From Haliotis cracherodii (lineage: Eukaryota), in the NCBI RefSeq assembly GCF_022045235.1, contig NW_027266283.1:2604001-2668000 (forward strand): a DNA stretch of 64,000 nt, written 5' to 3'. The first letter of the stretch is position 1, and the number at the start of each line of letters is the position of its first letter. A model generated the notes under the pieces. The model was given only the letters and a program-made list of their open reading frames with translations, searched no databases and was not told the origin of the DNA. Below are positions 25,353-37,333 of this stretch, one piece after another. The position numbers and the translations under genes are program-made.

Positions 25353-26792
25353 CTTTTCCTTCGAAGTATGCAATGGGTCCTGATCTTGGCCCTGTGATTC
25401 CTCCTTGATTCACAGATGCGCCCCGCATGTCCTGCCCACCTACGACGCCTTGGGCATTTTCAATATTGTATGTTTGCTGCCTGTTTTCTGGAATAAAATG
25501 TTAATGATGATTAGATCAATTTGTGGAGATAGGAAACCAATTCAGTTAATTGTTAAATTCGATATCAAATTAGATTATGTTTCTTGATTTTATTTGCTAC
25601 ATGTGATGGATGCAAGGCCAACCATATTAGCCTCGTCATGTGGGAGGATGGGTTCCAGCGAATCGCTATCCTCATTTAATCTTTATTATTTGTTTGGTCA
25701 CTGCAACTAACACATTGACCAATTGCTGATTCATAGTTTTAAAGAGACCTCTTATCAATATGGAAAGGGTTTATAAGGGTTTGTATATAATTTATAATTA
25801 TTCAATATTCAGAATATGTTGCAATACCTTTTTAGCCGAAAACACGAGAACAATGGACTAATTAAGATTTAGGGACAACAAAGAGCTAGACTCTGGCTCC
25901 CTTCTTTCAACTACTGTCACGTAATAAGTGCAAAGCAATGAGAGCTGCTATGACATAATAATGACGCTTGCTATAGAACCAAATCTTTCAAGGCGTTCTT
26001 AATTGTCTTAAACCAGAAACCTATGATTTGTGGGTTCGAATCCCGGTTCGCCCGGATTATGTTTCTAGGTTTGTCAGCACCATACCCGTGACCGTGGGTT
26101 TCACCGAACAAATCTTTCAAGGCGTTCTTAATTGTCTTAAAAGGTGCTACACACTGTCAGTGCAACTTGAGTATAATGATGTTTTAAAATTATGTTTGAG
26201 CACACGCAAATGTCCAGGGCCATATTTCTTTTAAAGACAACTATGGGTGTTTCATTTATTCAGATCGAAAAGAAGCTCAAGACATAGGACCCCTAACATA
26301 GTATTTTCCCAAACAAACAAAGTGATCCCGTTTATTTTATGTATTGTAGAAAGGAGATAAGCGTACAGTGTTCGTAATGCTGGCAATGTTACCCATGTTA
26401 TGCTGTATATCCTTTTCCAAGTTCAATTTAGCCCTGTTAAAACAGTATTCTTGTCTTCTATTTAAATCCAATAAATAACGAAATATTCTTGCCGAATTAT
26501 GTATATACGTCTTTTCTTTTACCACATTAATGTATGACATTTCTTATGAATCTGTGTTTTTTTAATTATTTGAATCTTTAAAAGGAACATTTCAAAATAT
26601 GACATCGAAATGAACAGCAATGGGATATAACCACAGGACACTTAAGTCTATTTTACAAATCTCTTTCAGTTGACTACCTTGGTTGTGGTTGGTAGTGGAG
26701 GTATTACCCATCCCGCCGTGGACGATACCAGCCATATTAGACGTTTCTGTTGTGCCTTCACCTCCCTTCATTGTGATATCATACTTTGACAT
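25353..26792 (-). CDS. G7: copy of G4 whose SAM(A) exon is deleted
   Basis: Exons 26792-26678 (MSKYDITMKGGEGTTETSNMAGIVHGGMGNTSTTNHNQ) and 25487-25353 (ENRQQTYNIENAQGVVGGQDMRGASVNQGGITGPRSGPIAYFEGK), intact. At ~24931 the intron is fused directly to 3'-flank sequence (equivalent of ~14850 joined to ~15322). Confidence 0.65.
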
Positions 26793-28338
26793 TTTGTAAT
26801 CTGAATAAAAAAAGATAAACAACTATGATATGCAATATAACTGCCCAAAATTGCAACAGGTTTCTCTCGTGGTTTTTCATCTTCTAACTGTTGTGTCCTT
26901 TTGACAAACTGGACAACAAACAAACAAATTAGATTACGAACTGTGTCTACATGGTGGCTATATACAAGCGGAAGACATGCTTTTTCTTATTTATTCTCAT
27001 CCGTTGGTGGGTTTAATCTTTAATAACACAGAGCTGTGTATGACAAGGAAGTCAACCTACCTTGAAACTGAAGGGCCCTTCGCGTTATGAGCCTCGCTAT
27101 CATTCCCAGTATAACATGTTAACATACTGACATGGATATATTTATAGCCATATTTCTCGGGAATACGTTCCTTAAATGACACAAGGTTATGAATAGCATG
27201 ACAGGAAGACAACTCAAGCTTTCCGTCTGATGAGGTATTATCACCATATAACACCATGTTTTACGTTACAAATAGGTCATAGATATCTAGGCTGATGTCA
27301 GGCAGAAAGAGCAGGGTTGTGTATCGCTAGTGTCAACTTACGGATTTATATTGAATAGCAAACGTTTCGGTTTTACTATGAATGAACTGTATACCCATTG
27401 GACGACCCATATTGATGCGGTCTGTTCATCTGATGTGTGCTCATGATGTAATATGCAATTATAAAATTTCAATGCAAAAAAATGCACCCCTGATTATCCA
27501 CCGAAAAAGATTTTGCCTAAAGGGCAAAATAGCTGTGAAGCTTATATGAATGGACCATTTAAAATCAGTGATGTGACACCAGGCGTTTGCGAAAAGTGTA
27601 AGTATGTCCTGCCCCACCAGTAGCATTCATTATTATAAAATGCTTCATTTTCAGCATGACGTTTTCGCATTCTACAAATTTCATTTTCTACAGATAGTCA
27701 TTCTTCAGTTGAAGTAGGGGGGTACAGGGGGCAGTAGTCTAAGGAGTCATGATATGGCTGAAATATTGCCGATGTGACTTTAAATTTCAACTCACTCCCT
27801 CAGTCGTCTTAGTCGCCGTTATTCACTGTGCAGAGTTGCGTCCCTTGGGCACGCCAGAAAGCTATGGTTGTGGGTTTGAATCCCCGTTCGCCCCAATTAT
27901 GTTTCTAGGTTTGTCAGCACCGTACCCGTGCTCGTGGGTTTCACCGAAGTGGTAAACGTCTGAGACATTAAGCTGACACGCTGTGATATAACTGGAATAC
28001 TGTTGAAAGCGGCGTTAAGCCCAACTCACTCACTCACTCAGTTGAAGTACTAATGAATGAATGCTAATGGGAACGGGGATAGTATGATTGTTGTTTACTT
28101 ATTCACAGAACTTTCATGTTCCATATAACAACACTGTTTTTAGATCTAATATTTATTGTGTAATGATGGATGATAGCATGAGGCAATGCAAAATCTACTC
28201 TTCAAATGATAAACAAAGAGTATGTTGATCCAACTACAGTGAGAAGCCTTTTGATAGTTCATAATGACATTGATAGCATTGACAAGGATAATCTATTACA
28301 TATGATCTTTTAACAGTCGAGATGGTTGAGCGAATATA

Positions 28339-29780
28339 TTATTGAGGAAGATATTTCTTCAGATTCAGTATTTTCTTCCTTTCAAACGAGTCGTCAATCC
28401 CAAAGTTTGCTTTGAGTTCATCCTCGTTGAGCTGAGACAATAAATCCCCATCAATGCCATGTTTCTCGAACAGTGGAATGTGTTTTTCTAGCTTCTTCTC
28501 CCGTAAGAGACCAACAATGTCCTCCTCAGAGATGTCCGAACGAGCTGGAATGCAAACGGAGTCGTAAATATATTTCATAATAAAAGCCAAAACCCAAAGG
28601 TTACGTCACGTTGAAGCCTTACTGATGGTTTCAATGTTACACAGTGTTATCAGTTATTTTTAAACAATTTATGATAAGCATATTTCCTTAAGATCAGTGA
28701 TTCTGTATTAATACTACTCCGTCTCAGGAGCATCTATGAATACTTTTTGAAGGACACTTATTTGTAGTGTAGAAAAGATTAATTTTCGCTTGTACATAAT
28801 TTCGTTTTAGAAACGTTGGAGCCTTTCAGCAAAGATATGTACATAGCTAATCATATTTCGGTTCCCAATGAAGTATTGATCCCGGAATGAAATATCAGCG
28901 GTTCAAAGATTCATATAACACAGCAGATTAACAGAAATGTTATAATTACCTTTGCCTTTGAAGTATCCAATGGGTCCTGATTTTTGCCCTGTGATTCCTC
29001 CTTGATCCACAGATGCGCCTCGCATGTCCTGCCCACCTACGACGCCTTGTGCATTTCCAATATTGTATGTGTGCTGCCTGTTTTCTGGAATGAATTATTA
29101 CTGATATCGATGATGATTTCAATGTGTGGAGATAAAAAACCGATTGAGTCAATTGTCTAATTCAAATGGTATTACGTTTCTTGATTTTATTGATACTTGG
29201 ATGAAAGACCAACCATATTAACATGGTAATGTATAAGGATCTGTTCCAGCGAATCCATAAACTCACCAATAGATCCCATTTGGCCGTTATTAATGCCGTT
29301 GACGACAGAATTTTCAACCTCAGCATTACCCTTGGCACCCGTCACCTCCATGCTGCTTACATCTGGTGAATATATGAAATATTACTTATGCATACATGAT
29401 TAACCTTCTATAAGATTATAATAATAGTAATACTTAAAAATGAAAAAAAGTCCTTTTCCATAATCATATCATGAGCTGACACAATCAAATGCTTCGGGGG
29501 CGGTCGGGTAGCCTAGTGGTTAAAGCGTTCGCTCGTCACGCCGAAGACCCAGCTACGAACTGGCTATGTAGGAGAGCCAGACTTTAGCATAACAACTTGT
29601 CCATATACAGTGTATGTGTTATTCAATTGTTTGTTATTTTAAGCGACTACATCAAACGATAAATAAACAATTCATACCTTTCTGTGGTGGCAGTTTTCCG
29701 TTACTGTTTTGAATCCCAGTAACGCTTGAGTTCTTTATTTTTGCGTTTCCGTCTGCCCCTGTCACGGTAATTGTGGCCAT
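28339..29780 (-). CDS. G8: near-identical copy of G5, 179 aa
   Basis: Exons 29780-29678, 29362-29267, 29084-28950 and 28544-28339. Two synonymous changes in the alpha exons, Q>H and H>Q in the beta exon, SAM protein identical. Confidence 0.88.
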
Positions 29781-31706
29781 TGTTTAACCTGTAATATAAC
29801 AGATCCTTCAGATTATGACCACAGTGGTGTACCATTTACAGACAGTTCTCAAACTTCGTTTATCCCAAAGTCGACTTGTCCTGTAAGAAGAGACCCGTGA
29901 AGATCCGGGGTACAATAGGTCTTCAGCAACCCATGCTTGCCGTAAAAGGCGACTATGCTTGTCGTAGGAGGCGACTAACGGGATCGGGTGGACTCGCTGA
30001 CTTAGTTGATGCATGTCATCGATCCCAATTGTGTGGATCGATGCTCATGATACCCATCACTGGATTGTCTGGTCGAGACTCGATTATTTACAGACCGCCG
30101 TCATATAACTGGAATATTGCTGAGTGCGGCGTAAAACAACCAGCCAACCAACTGTAAGAAGGTGAAACTTCGTGTCCCCACACCAGACCTGATAACAGTG
30201 GTGCTTGACATACAGGCTACAGATGCCGTGTATCGTAAGGCCCCAGGATTTGTGTCATTGGACGTTTTGAAGTGGTTGTGCTTGGTTGTGTTGAAGTTAC
30301 ATGTTCAATAAAAGCAGAATGTCCATAAACGACTTTTTAATCCGTAAAATATTTGTTAAATATACCAAACTGCATACTCTGATGACATTACAATTGAACA
30401 TTAACAATTAGTGTTTTTGTGATTTGGATAATTCCAACATTTCAACTACATCGGTTATAATATGTTCTTACACTGTACTGAGTTTCAAATCCTTAATAAA
30501 AGCCTCCTCATTTAATTACTTTGAATAATTGCTCATGAAATAAAGTATTACCTTTGTGTGGACGAATATCATGAACGTCTGGTTTCTTTGTAGGTTTAGC
30601 GATGTGACAGTTTTCTATAGTGTTGACTTTATTGATTTCTTATGACATGGACTTATTTTTATTTCCATGACGTGGATCTACTTTTCTCAGGGAACGCCCA
30701 TGTCATTTCTCGTAAAATATTTCCAACACCAACTCCAAAATTAGATTTTCCATTTCGGACAGGTTACCACTCGCATTGACTATCAACGCTTTTGAAATTT
30801 GATCAGTTGCCAACAAATGTACATGCAGAAAAAAATCTGTTGGTGACAAGGATCTAATTTTAGTGTCCTGTGCGAAACGATTTTCAGAATGTAAAAATTG
30901 GGTCAAGTGTTTGACTGGTGAGTGAGTGAGTGGGTGGGTTGTGTCGGTCGATTGAGAGAGTGAGTGAGTGATGTTACGGTTGCCTGAAGACAATAGTGTC
31001 CCGGAAATCATGACAAACGACCCATGCTAACGGTGACCCGCATGCACCAAGCCCCGTCACATCGTCTGACCGGGTTATAATTGCTCTTTAGCAAGCCATG
31101 CTTGTCTTAGGGAGCACCTATTCTTGCAAGAAGCGACTAACGGGATCGGGTTGTCATGTTCGCTGACTTGGTTGATGCAGGTCATTGCTCAGATCGATGT
31201 TCATGATGTCAATCAATGGATTGTCTGGTCCACCTGATTATTTGCAGACCGTCGTCATATAGCTGTGATATTTCTGAGTGCGGCATTAAGCAACAAACAA
31301 ATAAATAATGGGCAAACCCTTCACAGTAACACACTTGAAATAAAATAAAGCCTTAAGCGCGGACCTACCTGGAGGCCTGTTGTAACAACAAACAAACAAA
31401 CAAACAAACAAACACAGAGCCGGATCAATCTATCCCAAATTAATTCCGCAATCACGCTTGAAAACACAACAGTGATGCATACATTGAAGTAAATAGATAA
31501 TATTTATTTGATAAAATATGAGTCGATGAAAATCAGGTAACGAATATGTACTTTGATTAAAACAATTAATCGTTTGATGTCATGAATGACAGTTGATAAC
31601 ACTAAAGCGGCAACAATTGTCATCGTCCATGGTCCATGTCATGTCGTGAGATGGTCAAGGATGAAGCATAGTGGACCCGAATGATAGGCGAACATCAATG
31701 GGGCAG

Positions 31707-33908
31707 TCAACTAGATTTCTTGGAACGATTTTCGAGAATTGTTTTTATCTTCATTTTAGCAAGGGGTGACGTGACACCGAGCTCTTCCAAAACGCCCTCT
31801 TCTAAAAGTTTCACAAAGTATTTGCCGTCAATGCCATTTTCCTCAAATGTTTTTCTCGTGGGTCCAGGAAAACGCTCTCTGGTCATCAGATCCTGAACAT
31901 CTTCAACCGTCATCAGCTCCAAGGCTGGACCTGGAACCGTGGTAAACTGTACATATTACCATATGATTCGGCATGTGTGTTAAATCATATATACGTTAAA
32001 CAACATTCTGGTTTAGAGATATACCCCTTCATATATGGGTGGACACAATTTTATGGATAACAGTTTCTTTGATACTGTAAAAAGCGACGTTTCGGTTCAG
32101 ATCATTATACCGTTGACAAGCAAGACTGAATACGGGACATGTACAGAATATATATAGTAGGTGTACTGTGTACTATATATACTACTATATATATGTACCA
32201 TGTCCCCCATTCAGTCTTGCTTTACAACGGTATAAGGATCTATACTGAAACGTCGCTTTTTACAGTATTGAAGTTGTTATCTATAACATTGTGTCTACCT
32301 CATCATCCGTCAACTTCTAAGTAATGCCTATCAAACAATTAATACATATATGTACATAAACACACCGACAAAAGACACGTGAAAACCATAGATGTTGGTT
32401 AATACATGAAGAACTACTCATATTCAAGAGATATGAGATTGGTTCCGTGCACAAACCAACAAACTGGTATACTCAGTCTGTATAAACCTACTCTCATGAA
32501 CGTCACATGTGACGCCATAGATCCGTGACTCGAGCTGCACTTTTTGTCTCGTGCAGGATTAGCGTGTTAAGTTTGGAAATCATGTGCACCATATTGTGAT
32601 GAGAATAAAGACACGGTGGTAACTTGTTTGATAGGCATTACAACGGTGGTAACATTTGACAGGTTGTTACTTTTGTCATTAAACGGTACACATTGGAAAC
32701 ATCTCTTCTCAAGGTACATACTTCTCTATATCTTTCTTGGTTCGCGTTTCTTTTGACGGTGAGTATATATGCAATGTCTGTCTATATATGCAATGGTGGC
32801 CCAGTCGTATAAGGCGCCGCGATTCGCTGTGCAGAGTTGCGTCCCTTGAGCACGCCAGAAAGCTATGATTGTGGTTCGAATCCCGGTTCATCCCGATTAT
32901 TTTTCTAGCTTTGTCAGCACCATACCCGTGCTCATGGGTTTCATCGAAGTGGTTAACGTCATATACCTGCATTCCTTCGAGCTTTCCTCCAACATAAAGC
33001 TGACACGCCGTGATATAACTGGAATACTGTTCAAAGCGGCGTTAAACTTTGTAGAACGGACGCCTGAATTCTAAAGGTGGGCCGTGTATGGTATTAAATT
33101 AATATGCGTCAACATTTGACTTGTTTGAAGTAGTATTCTGTTAAACTCAAAAGGATTATGTTGTGGATCGTGTAGATGTCTCCCCATTCATACACGACAG
33201 TTAAATTCTATAAAACGTTATAAATGGCGAGTAATAAATAAAATACTAAACTTGCTCCCGTTTAATACCAATTTTATGAAACTCGCTTCCGCTCTTCAAA
33301 TACAAGAACTATTCACTCGTTTCATAAAACTGGTATTACACGGGAGCTCGTTTAGTATTCTATATGTTCTCTAAACCTAGATAAATATGTGAGCCCTACT
33401 TTGAGATGTAGTTTGTGACGCTGGTTGTTGTGATGGGCTGCTGCTGCTGCTGCCAATGTTGACCTTGTCTCCTGTGACCTCGTTGACGGTCGTCACTCCA
33501 GTGCTGCCGCTCACGTTGTTGTGGTATGTCTTTTCCACTGAACAAATTTACACACATTTACACATATTGCAAGTACTCCCCCCAAGCAACAGTGTAACAT
33601 TAGCCTATACTGAAATCAATTCAATCGTTCAAATAATGTTTCTTTCCATATTTACTCAGATGAGTGCGGCATATACATTGTTTCCATTGGTGACCTAGCC
33701 TCTGTATTGTTCTATATCATATTTAATACGAAAGTGTCAATCTTTAACAAAAAATGCATTTACGAAAATAGTTACCTTTGTGTTGCGGCCCGTGATAGAT
33801 GTTGCCCATCCCCCCTTCAACCACCGCAGCCACATTGCTGTGAGTAGCCTGCCCTCCAGACATCCCCGTTAATTTTATAGATCCCGGTAGTCTCTCCATC
33901 TTCTTCAT
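31707..33908 (-). CDS. G9: motif-alpha + motif-beta(D) + SAM(D), complete, 164 aa
   Basis: Exons 33908-33776 (MKKMERLPGSIKLTGMSGGQATHSNVAAVVEGGMGNIYHGPQHK), 33537-33400 (VEKTYHNNVSGSTGVTTVNEVTGDKVNIGSSSSSPSQQPASQTTSQ) and 31930-31707 (SPALELMTVEDVQDLMTRERFPGPTRKTFEENGIDGKYFVKLLEEGVLEELGVTSPLAKMKIKTILENRSKKSS*). 495 nt, phase-1 GT-AG introns. Confidence 0.85.
32030..32340. mobile_element. Foldback insertion with Penelope-like terminal-repeat arms
   Basis: Inverted arms ~32040-32140 and ~32199-32296 containing cttg(a)caacggtataa...gaaacgtcg; absent from the paralogous intron at ~22408. Confidence 0.6.
32794..33047 (+). mobile_element. SINE family 2
   Basis: tggtggcccagtcgtataaggcgccgc...aaagcggcgttaaac. 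Confidence 0.85.
33243..33360. repeat. Hairpin/MITE-like inverted repeat
   Basis: atactaaacttgctcccgtttaataccaattttatgaaac ... gtttcataaaactggtattacacgggagctcgtttagtat. Confidence 0.7.
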
Positions 33909-36385
33909 CCAGCTGAAGTAGAGTAAAACAATAAAACTTTCTACTGCTACAAGACAAATAGAAGTAAGCGCCACAGCCTACATTCACTGCGTTACCCAGA
34001 AAACAGATATTACCTGACAATCTAGCCTAGTGCGATAATAGATCACTTGTACACCTACACTCATTTATTTAACAACAATGGACATAGTGAAACGACAGCT
34101 CAGTTACTAATAATACATTGGAAAAACCCAGTGTCGTCATTCCTGGGGATTCGAATTCAATTCCACCTAAAGCTATTATCACTGGAAATAAACGCTAAAG
34201 CGTTCACATTTAAATATCCAGTCATCAGATTTGGTTTCTACAATGAACGTTTACTTTAGGATACCCGTACATCCATTATGAGCTAGACAGTCAGTGAAAC
34301 GGGTCAATACAGGCGTACGTTGACCTGAATGCGTGTTGTTGGTCGTTACACACGCAAGGCGGGGGCACGGGGATGATCCAGACGCCTTCACTGGAACGGA
34401 TGACCTCAAATAAGTGCAGTCGCGTATTGCATTGTAGTGTTGAGCTCGCCACAACCTTGCGTTTTGTCCGTCAACCAACGCAAGTGTACAGTCTTAACGA
34501 TGTCCGACTATACATGAACTCACACACATGCATGGCCCATGTCTTATACATTGTTTTTAAGTATTGGCATTAACACGTTAGATATCGTCCAGTTACAACA
34601 GCTTGTGCAGCATATGGGCCGTCTTCTGTACAACATGTCACACAGAGGCAATATAATATTACGTTGTGTGTATACTGACCTCAGGAAACCGCGCCAAGGG
34701 CTGACTTATGTACATATCCGCGGTCCGCGGTGATATTATTCCCTTCTGCAGTGGGATAAGATGCTAGTAGGTCAAGGCTGTATGGTACGCATGACGGAGT
34801 GCAGTGTAAACACCAAAGGCAATAGGACCTACGTTAGTCTAAGTCTCCTGTTTAGCATAGCGTTAATTTATATAAAACTAAATTGTATTTAACTTCTTTT
34901 CGTCTGCGGATTTGGGCTCGAAATGTGTGTCTCTGCATACCTCTAAACCAATAGACTGACAGTAATATATAATGGCAGCTTGCCAAGTTCATTTTACTAC
35001 CGTCTTCGCAATGCCTGTGGTTTTGACTCAGAGGTCCGTCCATGGTACGAGCCAGAATATGTAGAGGGCGTCATTGAAAATGATAAATGCAAAATCCTTT
35101 GCAATAGACCCGTATAATTCTCAGATGTATTCGGGCCAACAAACCTGGTCTTGTCCTTTTTGATAAATCCAATGAAATTATTTATATTATTGAATTTTCT
35201 TTCCTTTTTGACACAAATGTGATTGACAAGATTCAGGAAAAAAACACGGCATTTATGCAGACACCGCGTTCGAAATGTGACGCTTGCATTCCTAGTACCA
35301 AGTTGTCCGACTCCCCATTGTTCTCGGTGCCTTAGGTTTGGTACCTCCCAATCTTTTGACTGGCATTGGGAGAGTACCCGGGTTTGCTACCAGGAATACA
35401 GCCCTTCTGACAATCTGGGTAATGCAGAAGGCTGCAGTGTTGGGTAGTCTTCACATTCTCCGAAATGTTCAGTGTGGGTTTGACTAGACAGAGCTTCCCG
35501 GGAGAAGTCCCATTCGCTGTCTGGGCTGCGTGTGGAGGGGGAAGGGCCCTGAGCTGATGATGAGCCTAACCAGTCTGACTTTGCCAGGATTACCCAAATC
35601 CTCTATGTTGCACTTTTTATTTTACTCTGTACATAATAATAATTTATTACGTTTTCAGAATTTGACATATATCACAGATCATGACAATATAATATTTAGA
35701 CAAAAGAGCCGCGTGACAAGTGTACATTAAGCATTTAATGTACGTACATTATCACGAACTATGATGGATATTTTAATTAAATAGATACATAAAGTTCACA
35801 AAACAGATGATAAGATATAAAGATAGGGACACTGAAATAAAATAGAGTTATTTTAAAAAGTATGAGACAGCAAATGTTTTTAAAAACCACCCGGCATAAA
35901 CCTGTTTTTAATAACTTAAAATTATGTAAAGTGAGATACTAGTTGCAACATTACATTTAAGAGTGAATTTTTAACTAACAGATATTGAGTAATTATAAGA
36001 AACATTGGCATCATAAATATAAACCTGTACATAATGTCTGGAGGTGTGTGTAAAAGATATGTAAGAGCTCTTCTAGTTTTCACAACGTCAGTTTGATAGC
36101 GGCGGCGCGAAGGGGAACGTTTGTATTCAAGATGTACGAAATTAGCTGAGTCAGTGATAACTTGGCTGCTTTGTTTACGACTAGCCACCCGTATAAAGAT
36201 GAAAGACATTTTACTTGCAGTGTTTACTATCTTGTGAAATTTTGATTTGTGTTGAACTGAAAGAGACTCATACTAACAATGGGAAGAAAATATCAGAACA
36301 CTTTGGACGAATGTAATGTAAAAGAGTACAATCAGAGCTTGATTCACACCAAGGACTGTTTAGGCTAACCACTGGGCCACACATA

Positions 36386-36729
36386 CCGTATACGACGTAA
36401 TAAGCGCCCAGCGCGCTCTCAAAATTAGAAATAAGGGGTTCTTATTAGAATATTATTTTGGTGGAAAAAAGAGCGTTGAAAGATAAATTTCGTGGTTTAT
36501 GCTGACACACTGAAATGTTTATATGCGACAGATACATTTTTCCAGAATTTAATTGCCCATAATTAAGAATGCATATAACACACGACTTCGTATTTAACGC
36601 GAATAAAAACGTCTTGTGTACATTGATCAATAGGAAGGAGTGCTAATTGGGATTGTTCACTAGCCAATTTATTAGCAAATATCGCCGTGGGCGCTTATTA
36701 GAGCGGGGCGCTTATTACGTCAAATATGG
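36386..36729. mobile_element. MITE (Tc1/mariner-pogo type) with TA target duplication
   Basis: TA-CCGTATACGACGTAATAAGCGCCC ... GGGCGCTTATTACGTCAAATATGG-TA terminal inverted repeats. Confidence 0.75.
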
Positions 36730-36810
36730 TATATATACCGCCTGGCATGTGTTAACGTTGATAGATATTTCTTTTTGACGCTACCGTTAACATCTCTACT
36801 TTCATGTAAG

Positions 36811-37024
36811 GTGAGGTGAAATGGGTTTTAACGTCGCGTCCAAGATTATTACACTTATATAGCGACGTGCATGTACACCAGCGATATGGGTGTTAGGACC
36901 TCGTACCATCGACATCAGTCGGCATCAGTCCGGACGAGTACAAGCAGCCACACACGCACGTACATGCACGTCGCTGTAATTGCAATGTTCTTAGACGCGA
37001 CGTTAAACCCCATTTCTACCCCAC
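36811..37024. repeat. Inverted pair of SINE family 4 3' ends
   Basis: 36811-36876 is the reverse complement of ~36960-37024; both match the tail of the element at 52495-52810. Confidence 0.7.
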
Positions 37025-37295
37025 ATCACTATATAACACAGGCTGTCATGGCAGTAGCACCATAGACAACCAGAGCGCGTGCCATTATATAAGCGCCGCA
37101 TAAAATTGTTACCACGTACAATCAACAATACAGGTACATTGCAAAGTGAGTAATCAGTTGCTCAACAATCAATTATAAAAATTGATTTTCGTTTTGAAGT
37201 GAGGGAAATGTGCGCGGTGGGAGAGGTGAAGTGGGGTTTGATGACGCTTTCAAGATGATCAAACCTCTGTAGCATGTGTGTGGTTTTTTTGTGCT

Positions 37296-37297
37296 CG

Positions 37298-37333
<36 letters not shown>

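Larger units (their letters stand above)
24932..32029 (+). repeat. Near-identical ~7.1 kb duplicate of ~15322-22408 (offset ~9.61 kb)
   Basis: Line-by-line near identity including SINEs and introns; ORF pairs 16980/26592, 18728/28339 and 22086/31707. Confidence 0.95.

Noticed and set aside
114-33908. Calling the family SAMD9, SARM1 or canonical RHIM proteins
   Set aside because: No NTPase, TIR or ARM exons, stop codons directly follow the SAM domain, and no canonical IQIG/VQVG tetrad is present; no gene symbol assigned.
35270-35601. GC-rich block resembling the 5' end of an RTE-type LINE (…LGTRNAS…)
   Set aside because: Only a weak resemblance to the GTWNVR endonuclease start; no further ORF.
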